Source: Fimicolochytrium jonesii (lineage: Eukaryota). From it: 64,000 nt of DNA. Position 1 is the stretch's first letter; every line of letters starts with the position of its first letter. This document shows positions 54,292 through 64,000 of the stretch, one piece after another. The position numbers were made by a program, and so were the translations under genes. The notes beneath the pieces were generated by a model. It ran no database searches. It was not told the origin of the DNA and saw nothing but the letters and a program-made list of their open reading frames with translations. The stretch spans positions 186,001-250,000 of the forward strand of contig NW_026515677.1 of assembly GCF_025526975.1 (NCBI RefSeq), read 5' to 3'.

Positions 54292-55779
54292 ATGCCCATC
54301 GCACCCCCGCCGCCCGCGGAGTCCACCGCCTCCCATGAATCCTTCGACGTCATCGACGGCGCCGACTCATCCGGGGCCCGCGATAACTCCCATCAGAATG
54401 ACCGGGACCCATGGATACCACAAACCTACCACCCCGCGCCCCTGCACGCGCTCCTCGTCCTCTTATCGATCGTCGGTGTGCTGATACGCGTCGGGTTGTT
54501 GCGGTTGCATGATTATGCTGGTATGTCTGTTCAAGCGACGGGGGGGAACGCAGAAAGAGGGCTTATGATGTGTTGTTTTTGCAGGTGCGCCGGTATCGAA
54601 TGTGGTGTATCCCCAGATTGTCGGGTGTGTTGTTATGGGCTGGTTGGCGGGGAATAAGAGGGCTATTATGGAATGGTATGCCTCTGAAACGGGTTTCGCG
54701 TTATTGAGGGTGTGGGTGAATGACGTTGGGTGTGACCCCGTGTACGTAGGTATTACCCGGCGTATGTCGGCCTCGCAACAGGGTTATGCGGTACGTTCCC
54801 CTCCATCGCAATCCACCTTGGCCCCAATCGAGAGCAACATCTTGAAAGATGTGGACCCCCCACCAGGTTCCATAACAACATTCTCAACCTGGAGTCTGGC
54901 AACCTTCACCGAGCTCGCGAACCTACAAACAAAGCCCAGGACAGTCGGGCAGGATGTACGTACATACGTCCCCACCTTCATCCCATCCCATGCGCATCAC
55001 CCCCGCCACCCCGCTCACACCCATCTTGGAAACATGACAGATCCTCGCGGCCCTTGCAATCACCCTCCTCTTGACATGCCTCGCCCTCTCCAGCATCGCT
55101 TTCGGCGAACACCTCGCAACCCTCCCCGCCCTCTCCCTCCCCATCCCCTCCCCTTCCCGGCGGGACATCAAGTTCGTCCCAACACGCTGGGGGGATACGA
55201 AATCCCTCCACGCGCGAGATCTATGCGTCCTCGCCTGCGGGGCCGTCGTCTGGCTCGCGGTGGCCGTGGCGTGTGCGAAGGATACGGGGGGGCGGGTGAA
55301 CGGGTTCGCGGCGTTGGTTGGGCCCTTCGGTACGTTTTCGTTTTCTCAGCCCCCACCCGGCATACGGAATTCCGCTCCCCCTCTGACAGGGTTCGTTCCG
55401 CGCAGGCACGTTGCTGCGGTTCCACTTGACCCCTCTGAATGCCCGCACACCGGTCCCGCTAGGGACGTTTGTCGCGAATGTGGCGGGGACGGCGCTGATC
55501 GGGGGGTCCTACGTGGTGTCGCATCTGACAAGGTCGGTATCGCCCACATGTTGCGCGTTTGTGGTCGGCGGGTTGATGACGGGCTTTTGCGGGTGTTTGA
55601 CGACGGTGTCGACTTGGGCGGTTGAAGTGAGGGGCTTGGTGGCGGTGGGTGAGGGCGGGAAGGCGTATGGGTATGTTGGGGCGAGTGTTGTGGGCGGGCT
55701 CGGGGTGTTGGGGGTGCTGGTGGGGAGCGTGTGGTGGGCTGGGGGGGTGGTGGAAGTTGGGCAGTGTGCAGTTACATGA
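54292..55779 (+). CDS. FEX1: Fluoride exporter, FEX type (two CrcB/Fluc domains); multi-exon
   Basis: Motifs GVLIRVGL, QIVGCVVMG, spliced GLATGLC|GSITTFSTW, PLGTFVANVAG and GLMTGFCGCLTTVSTWAVE. Confidence 0.9.
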
Positions 55780-55932
55780 GGCAGGGGTGAGGTGCGCCAT
55801 GAGGGATGTACTGTATGCACATAGGATTGAAAAGCTGTTTATTCTTGTTCAGGTGGGGACTGCTGAGAAGCACCTGGCCCCTATGATACACTATGTACAG
55901 TACAGTGATACAGTGATACACTGTACGCCGCC

Positions 55933-56997
55933 TCACGAAATCTTGTTCCCGATCTCCTCCCTATTCCTAAACCCCTTCGCATGCACCATCCACGCCACCA
56001 CAATCACCAGCCCGATGCAATAGGACATTACATAGTACTGCACCACATACCGCCGTCCCCACCTAAACATGCCCCTGAAGCCTTCCCGTCGGTACAGGAA
56101 CGTCGCGAGGATGCCGAACCCGTACCCCAAAATGAGAATGAGGGCTACGAGCGAGCCCATAGGGAACTCGATCGCGACGGAACCGATGATGAGGCCATAG
56201 ATCACCGCCGCAGCCGCCCACACCGTCCTCTGCACCACTCCGAACCCGTCGTGCGCATTCACATCGCGATACACATACGCAACTACAAAGGACATGCACA
56301 TCCCGCCCGCGGCATACATGTAATGGCTCACGTTGTGTTCCCATGTGGTGCGGATCCAGAGGAGGAGGTCGGTGAGGAAAGGGTAGGCGACGACGAGGTC
56401 CGCGTGGGTGAGGATAAAGTCGGCGAGGGGGTGTTTGAACATGGCGGCGGCGGAGTGGAAGGCGGCGCCGGTTGTGTAGAGGGTTGCTGCGAGCATAAAC
56501 AGGGTTGATATCGTATATTGCGCTGTGGTGGGAGGGGTCAGCATACATTTCATGTCTTATCTGAATTAGATATGTTTGATGCCCGAGCACGTACCTCTCC
56601 TGGAGCCCGTTGCGAACACTCCCGACTCCAAAACCAACGCAAACATCAACGGCACCGCCACAAACGGCTCCACCAACCGCACCACATCATCCCCCACATA
56701 CCACTGCGGCCCTTTCAGCGCCGGGAAATCCAACAACACAGGCACAATCGTAAAAAGCAGCGTGCAGATGTTGCTGGCGAGGAGGAGCCATAGCACGCTT
56801 GTTGGTGAGGAGGTTACAGGGGCCTTGTCGGAGTAAGAGTCGGAGGGGCGGGGTTGGAGGGGGATGGAGGAGGCATAGGTGTCGGTTTCGCCTAGGTGGT
56901 GTGCTGGCTGGTGTGAGGAGTGGGAGGAGAGGGGGTGGGAGCCTGGGTCGACGGATATGGAGGTGTAGTTTGGGCTTGCGCTTCTTGGGGAGCCCAT
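55933..56997 (-). CDS. Multi-pass membrane protein of unknown function, 2 exons
   Basis: Two hydrophobic ORFs joined by an intron at about 56593-56522. Confidence 0.7.
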
Positions 56998-57282
56998 TTT
57001 CGGTGGAAGGTGTCTGGTGAGTCGATGGCGGACGTTGGTGGGCGGGTATGGAGAGTGAGACGACAGAGAGCTTTCTTCCGCCTCGGCCCCGAGTCGGCTG
57101 GAGTGTGTATATGCAGGAGTGTTGTCTGTCTACGTCGCAGGTTGCGAACGGGAAACTGCGTTGGGGTAGTGGACGGGATGGAAGCTGAGCCTTTCCCGTT
57201 GAGAGCAAACCGCCAAGGAGGGGAAGACCCTAGACTATACTGTAGAGCTTCCCATTGCAGAAATTGGAGATCCCCCACAACA

Positions 57283-57669
57283 ATGCCCCCACCCAGGCTA
57301 GCTTTCACCCTCTTCACAAAACAGTACTGCGGCCTCTGCGAGCACGCAAAGGAGGCCCTCGAGCTCATCCAGCTCAAGAAACTCTCAAAGGTCCAGTATA
57401 TGTCCTTCGCGTTATGCCCCCACTCCGCCTCCAAACCCTTCTCCTCTGCAATCTCACACGTCTTCCCCTCCCCACAGACCCCATTCACGGTAACAGAAAT
57501 CGACATCGAAAAGCCCGAACACAAACCCTGGCTGCGGAAATACATGTACCACGTGCCGGTGCTGCATCTGGGGGATCAGATGGTCGCGCGGCATCGGATA
57601 GAGGAGGGTGATATACTGAGGATATTGAGGGAGGTTGAGGGGGGTGAGCGGGGTGATAGAGGGGAGTGA
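57283..57669 (+). CDS. Glutaredoxin-like protein (DUF836 type)
   Basis: Motifs TLFTKQYCGLCEHAKEAL, EIDIE...W..KYMYHVPVLH and HRI. Probable in-frame intron at 57391-57477. Confidence 0.85.
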   Translation: MPPPRLAFTLFTKQYCGLCEHAKEALELIQLKKLSKVQYMSFALCPHSASKPFSSAISHVFPSPQTPFTVTEIDIEKPEHKPWLRKYMYHVPVLHLGDQMVARHRIEEGDILRILREVEGGERGDRGE

Positions 57670-59048
57670 TGGGGCGATGGGTGTGCTGTGAGATTGGACG
57701 TTTGAAGTTATTGCGGACCGGGGCAGTTTGGAAGTCGAGAGAGAGAGGGATGCAGCATCGTTCAAGTTGATGATGTGGACCTTGAGGAATACAGGACGAC
57801 GGTCTCGGACTATGGCAAGACGGTCAGGAGCCTGGACACGATGGCGAACGGGAGCTCGGGTACCTTGCTATGCGTGCGTTGCTTATCTGGATGGGGTCCC
57901 GTCGACCAACACCACAATTGCCGGGACGCCCGAGGGGAAGGAGAAAGGTGGTTTGCAGGGTGTTATGCGTTGCGTTTCGGCAAATCATACCAGAAGCCGC
58001 TGAAGAGCATGATGGCCCATCACCGCAGTTGAGCTTGAAACTGCAGGAGCTGAGCACCATTCCAGTGAACCTTGGAGAGAGTCCTTGGGAAAGTGGAGGT
58101 TCCGTAGCGGTGGGGTGCAGCTGCCTCTGATCTGGCAGCCGGGAAGTTTCCAAAGAAGAAACCGCCGACCCTCGTCATTTCTGGAGCTAATAAACCCTTT
58201 CTGCGACCACTTTGGATGGCTGCTGAATCATCGGAGTTGAGTTTGGCATGTTGAAGGAGGGGAAAGAAGGATGCTATGTTTATGTATGTGGAGGCAATAG
58301 CCATCGGTGTATTCTTCCCAGCATAAGAGTGTTCAGCTTAAATCCTCATGTGTGGTAATCCACTCGTCTTCGCCCATAGAGTAATAGAGTAAAGAAACTG
58401 CTAAGGACGGTAATACCCATGCCTCTCTCGTTCTGCTTTCCTTGCGTTGGTCCTGGTGTCTGCGGGACCTTTGCAAGATTTGGTTGCCATAGTTTTGGGA
58501 TTGGGCACTTCGGATGTCGCACATATGTCAGGGTGTTGATCCTACCAGCCCGAGAAAAACAGCGACACAGCCTTGAGGGAGTGGGGATGAAGGCTTCACA
58601 AGGGCAGGATATGACGGGGCAAGCCACGTTTGCAAATTGGGAGCATGTCAGAGATCGAATTCGGAAAGGATAGGTCGAACGGGTCCACGATATCACAATA
58701 GGCCGACTGCCCCGCTCGGGCTGCACAATCGATTGGTTGGATGAGGGCAGGCTGCCAGAGTGAACTCGGTGGGTGTAAGCGGTCGCATGGCCTCGTCGCC
58801 GCGACAAGGAAGGAGACTCGAGGACTCGTTTGGCGGATGTCCTTGTTCGACCGCCCTCTCTCTCGTTCTCTCTTTCGCGGCGGCTTGCGACTGGAAACCA
58901 ATTGGAAGGCTGGGCTGGAATTCACAACAGAAAGAACTCATGCAAAGGTAAACCAGCGGTGTCGCTTCACTTGCTTCTGTTCCCACTCCTCAACCCTCCT
59001 CACCCACCACACAGACCCCGTATTTAAACCTGACGCACACACAAAACG

Positions 59049-61189
59049 ATGAATTTTGGAGACGATGATCCCTTCGGGTCAAATGCTTGGGCGGACGAGG
59101 CATCTACTTTCAGTCCCTCATTAGCCACCCCTCTCGCCATACCGTCTTTGCCGGTCGCTCAGTCGGAAGACGAGGAGCACCCATCATCACCATCACCACC
59201 GCGAGCAGTCGATCCTCCCTTCCATCAGCACCGGGAACAAACCCCGGAACCTGTCACGAACGGCTTTGCGCTGGACGTAAACGCTACCGATTCTCCATTT
59301 CAAGATGACGCCTTCGTTACGGATGTGCCTTCCACTCACTCTTTACCACCACCACTACCACCGCCGCCCAAACCTGTCCTGTTCGAGCCACCACCCCCTC
59401 TCGCTCCCAAAAGACCCATCTCTCCACAACTCCCCACTTTCGCAGATCCGCTGAATTTGAACGATTTCCCATCCTTCGCAGACCCCGTCTCCGCAGACCT
59501 CTTCTCCTCCCCTCCGCCACTACACAGCCCCCCAGCCCCCGTCATCTTCACACCCCCATCCATAATAGAAGATACCGCCTTCCCACAACCCGACGCCTTC
59601 GCCGAACCCCTCACGCTGAAAACCGGCATCCACCAGCTCTTCGCAGACGACGCATCAATGAAACCCTTCCCGCCCTCCATCAAGTCCGAAGCGAGCGACG
59701 ACGAGAGCGTCCAACCGCTGGCCTCGATCAAAGTCAACCCGCAGCCGAAATCGAAGACCGCGGGGGTGAGGATCATCTTTGACCCGTTGACGAGCTCGTT
59801 GGTTGGATCTTCCGCGCAGGACGACGAGGATGCGGGCGGACGCGTTCGGGATCTAAAAGGCCGGATTGGGCGGTTGAGTATCCGGGACAAGATCGTCACT
59901 CCAGACGACGACGACGACGACAACTCCCCTCTCGCCGAAACCTTCCTCCAACTGGCACCAAAGTACACATTCGAATGCCACGTCACCGACCCCTTAAAAG
60001 TCTCTCAAGCAATGGGCGCCTACGTGCTCTACCGCGTGAACACACACACAACGCACCCCCGATTTCGCAACCCTTCGATGGCCGTCAACCGCCGCTTCAG
60101 CGACTTCCTGTGGCTGTTCAACCAGCTCGTCGCCCAGCACCCGGGGGTCATCATCCCGCCCGTGCCCGAGAAACAGACGCTCGGCCGGTTTCAGGAGGAG
60201 TTTGTCGAGAACAGACGTGTCGGGCTAGAACAGTTCCTCCGTAAAGTCGTGCGACACCCGTACCTCCAAGAAAACCCCGACCTGCAATCTTTCTTGGAAT
60301 CTGAAACATTCCTCGCGGACCGGAAGAAACCGGAACAGAAAAGCTTTATATCCACCGTGTTCAACGCCGGGACCAGACAACCGGACACGGACGCCTCCCT
60401 CTCCCACCGCCGCGCGCGCATCGAGACCTTCGAGCCGCAACTCCGCCTCATCCTCCGCGCCCTAGACGACTGGGCGCGCATGCAGGCCCAGCTCTCCTCC
60501 GCCTCGCACGAGTTCGCCGCGACGTTCCAGCAACTCGCCAATTTGGACGTCACCAAACCCATCTCGAAAAATCTGACACAGGTGGCAGAGATCCATAAAC
60601 GCATCACAGACCTGCAGGAGCGGCAGGCGCGCGTGGACGTGGCGACGTTGGGTGCGAATGCGGAGTATTATGTGCGGGTTGTCGCGAGTGTCGGGCTGGC
60701 GTTCGAGACGAGGAGGAGGGTGTGGGAGGCGTGGCAGAATGGGCTGGCGGCGGTGGGGAGGAAGAGGAGGGAGGTGGAGAAGGCGACGGTGCAGGCAAGG
60801 AAGGACGCGGGTGCGGGGAGGGTTGCGGGGCTTGTTAGGGAGTTGGAGCAGGTATGGGGCTGGATGGGGTTTTCACTCTTTTGTGTGGGAGCCGGGACGG
60901 GACCCTAACCGGTGGGCTTTTCATCAGATGGAACAAGAGGCCCTGAAAAACGAAAAAGAGTACCGCGACGTGACCCTCCGCCTGCGGTTGGAGCTCGACC
61001 GGTTCCATGCCGAGATGAGCGGCGATTTCGTGGCTGCCATGAAGGAGTTTTTGACTCTGTTTGTGGAGTCGCAGCAGGAGGTGCGTGTTTCTGATTTTTG
61101 GTTGCTTGGGTTGTGGAGGTTGATGCCTTACGCTGGATTTGTAGATATTGGATATGTGGGAGTCGTATAGCCCCATACGACTGTACTGA
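59049..61189 (+). CDS. VPS5: Retromer sorting nexin (PX-BAR), Vps5/SNX1-like
   Basis: PX domain VNRRFSDFLWL...PGVIIPPVPEKQ..GRFQEEFVENRR followed by BAR helices. Introns at 60852-60927 and 61081-61144. Confidence 0.88.
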
Positions 61190-61493
61190 GCGGATTTCAG
61201 CCGCCTTTACGCCTCATCAACGGACACCTCATCATTCCCTGGCCCGGAAGATAGAGTCTACTCGGATATTCTCCTGTAGACAGGTCCACGAAGAGCCGCC
61301 GCAGGTGCTACAAGGTGCCGATGACTCCGCCAACCGCATATATTCGCACCCGAAACGTCTCTATCTTCTTCCGACAATCGTCCGATGCGAACTACATATC
61401 GTCTCAAAGTCCCTCGGATACGAATCATCCACACACACTCCCACCCACGCACAACCTCGTTGCAGCCAAATCGTCCGCTCGCCGTACTGTCTT

Positions 61494-62447
61494 TCACGCT
61501 TTGGGTTTACGGTACCGGTCTATATCTCCCTGGCAGTCCGTCGATCCGCAGCAGCACTGGACAGAAAATCAACCGGGGGTTTTAGATCTTGTGCCTTTCC
61601 TCATATCCAAACACTCGTCTCGCATGGCCACAACGGGAACAACACGACCCGCTTTTCCCCCTTCGCCTCCCTTTTCCCGTCGCCTCGCCCTCACCTTGAA
61701 GTTCCACGCCGGATCCCAATAATCCGTATCATCCCCCGGGTTATACAAAAACGTAATCTCCTCATCCTTCTTCACGGGTCGCGTGAGGATGATTTGGAGG
61801 TTGGTCAGTTTCGCGTTTGGGTCGCAAGAGTCTGAGATTCAAGGAGGTGTGTGAGTTGGGGATGGGTTGTGTTGGGAGTCCATAGGGCAAAAAGCGAACT
61901 TACGGTTTGCGAATCGTGCGTCGGAGGTGGGAAGAAGCCTTTTCGTGGATCGATTGCGAATAAGCGATGGGCTTTCCCTACTCCCCGCGTTCATCTGATC
62001 TGATACCAAATACACATACCATTTCCATTCCGTCTCGCCCGGCGGCAGAAAGTTGAGCACGTACGTCTTGTCCTTTTCTGAGACTTGGTCGTATTCTACG
62101 ACTGTGCGTGGGAGGGAGGAGAACGATGAGTATGAGGCATTCGTGATGTTCCCCACGCGTATTGTACCGGATGGAGGGAGATTCAAGCAACGAATGGGAT
62201 GAGTGGGATGAGTTTTTACCTTCACCCTCAAACCGCTCCACCACCGTTCCAGCCTGTCGAATAGTATGGCGTTAGTCTATTAGTGTATCAAGCGGGACAG
62301 TGGGGGAAGATGGTGGCTTACGGGGAGATCAGCGTCGGCGAACAAAGCCTTCCCATACGAGACTGCACGGACATGGGACGGGTAAGTTTTGCGTGGAGGT
62401 GGAAGGGAAGGGGGAGTCGCAAGCGGCGTGGTTGCGGTTGCTGCCAT
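61494..62447 (-). CDS. Small SET-domain lysine methyltransferase with post-SET cysteines; multi-exon
   Basis: Motifs YGKALFA, spliced ARFAN|HSCDPN, DEEITFLY and WNFK|CCCGSTDCQG. Confidence 0.85.
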
Positions 62448-63430
62448 TGTGGATGGGCGGGGGGATGGGCTTATGGTTGGTTGGTTGGGGGACGACGAGC
62501 GCAAGTTGGGAGAAGGAACGGAAGGAGTTCCGACGCGTCCATGTGTTCGGATATTGCTGTTGCAGGTAAACTCAGAGGTACCTACCTACAGTATATACAG
62601 TACTGTACGTACTCTTGCCTGTATGGAACCGAACGAGAATGGGTGGATTGCTTCAACAAACTCTCGAAACGGTGCCTGCTTTGCCCACCCTCCTCTCCTC
62701 TTGAAGAAGCATCAAAGCATCGCGTTCTCGGACTAATGATCGAGCCGTTGGGAGGCGGAGTTGGTGACAAGCTTCAAACGTGTGCGGGCGGACAAGCGAG
62801 TCGGGAGCGCAACGTGGCACATATCTGTGCAGTATAAGTAGACTGGAAGATCCGTTTATAGATGCCCGTGCATAAGTATAGGCTTACCAGTGACAATGAG
62901 TGTGTATGTACATACACGCCGTGAGAGAGGCAATGCCGCAGGCAACCTTATTGCGAGCACATCCGCGATGACGCCCCCATTGAACTTGGCAAACATCCCG
63001 CATAAACCAAAGACGACCACCCTTTCATCCTTTGCGTCCTGCTGCTGCTCTGCGTGCGTTGTCCACAATGTCGCCACATGGATGTTTAACTGGAAAGGGG
63101 GGTTTGGAACTTAGCGCGGAGGGGTAACTTAGCGCGCTTGCTAACGGTTAGGAACAACCCCCCTATTCACCGACTCGACTTGAATCCATAAGCCTTCTCA
63201 GCCGGCCCCATCGCGGGTGAGAAACTTGCCCCAAAGCCAATCCCGCCACGGAACCCCTCCCCACAGAGCATCCGCTCATAATATTTATAGGCAGTTGCCG
63301 CTCAAGTTGTGTTGCGTTGAGAAACAACAACCGTCGCGTTAGAGTCATCCTCAGAGTCATCAGTGCCTTGTGAGAACTCCCACCGAAACCCAGAGTCCTT
63401 TCGCTCACAATCTCCTAGTTCAGATACAGA

Positions 63431-64000
63431 ATGGAACCGCAGCCCCCACTCCGAGAAGACTCCGCCGGGGATTCCAAACGACCCATTTCGCTGCCGACCG
63501 GGGACCGACCCGTCACTTCTGTAGCCGACAGGCCAGCCTCGTCCATGGGCGACCGTCCCGTGACGCGAGTGAACTCCTTACGAAAGACAGGCCACGCAAA
63601 GTCGACCACATCTTCAGACAGTTTTGACAGCGATGTGGAACAGGCGGAGTCGGGTCGACGCTCGCCTAGCTCGGCCGCCCCAGCAAAGAAGAAGCCGTTG
63701 TCAAAGCAGGTGGACGAGCCCGCTCGTGGTAGCTCCGCTGCCACACAGGTGTTTGTGCTTCCAGAAGGCTGGCCACGCGGAACGTACGAAACCCGCGTCA
63801 TGCCGCTTTTGCCGAAACGACCGAAGCTTCTGGGAGGGACGCGAAAGCGGTTTACGGAGATGTATTCGAAGAAGATCGATATGATGAAAGAGAGTAAGTT
63901 GGGGCCAGCTGGATATCTGTGTGATTTGATCGGGAATTCGATGAAGGGGAAAGCTCTTGTGTCGGCATCAGCTCCCAAAAATCACAAGCGACCCTCCGCT
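63431..64000 (+). CDS. Hypothetical protein, 5' part only (runs off the window)
   Basis: ATG 63431 opens a frame with no stop through the window end (190 codons). Confidence 0.5.
   Translation, partial: MEPQPPLREDSAGDSKRPISLPTGDRPVTSVADRPASSMGDRPVTRVNSLRKTGHAKSTTSSDSFDSDVEQAESGRRSPSSAAPAKKKPLSKQVDEPARGSSAATQVFVLPEGWPRGTYETRVMPLLPKRPKLLGGTRKRFTEMYSKKIDMMKESKLGPAGYLCDLIGNSMKGKALVSASAPKNHKRPSA

Noticed and set aside
57775..58330. Cys/His-containing short ORF between the glutaredoxin-like gene and VPS5
   Set aside because: Short, followed by multiple stops, and no family recognised.

Overview
Eukaryotic, intron-rich, GC-rich DNA, most likely from a zoosporic fungus (chytrid; inferred from the gene set, not proven). 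Host genes: FAR1/WRKY-GCM-type transcription factor, FMN/FAD oxidoreductase, tRNA-Thr(TGT), OAC1-like mitochondrial carrier with C-terminal EF-hands, PH-domain protein, anoctamin, coiled-coil/SH3 protein, WD40 protein, BMT5-like rRNA methyltransferase, C2H2 protein, MDM1/SAXO-motif protein, GPI-type alpha-carbonic anhydrase, FEX fluoride exporter, glutaredoxin-like protein, Vps5 and a small SET-domain protein. The main find is a ~6.5 kb insertion (about 42288-48822). It carries a 7-exon Fanzor1 (eukaryotic TnpB-derived RNA-guided nuclease) with a candidate omegaRNA directly downstream, plus a co-oriented phage-Dam-like DNA amino-methyltransferase, a 58-bp tandem array and a flanking 11-bp direct repeat (possible target-site duplication). 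No transposase is recognisable in it. A second accessory block (about 12.3-17.9 kb) holds a Tc1 relic, an intronless AIVPY-repeat ORF and a clan-CE cysteine protease with possible giant-virus affinity. A 126-bp Tc1/mariner MITE lies at 51643-51768. All gene models were spliced by eye and no database searches were run.
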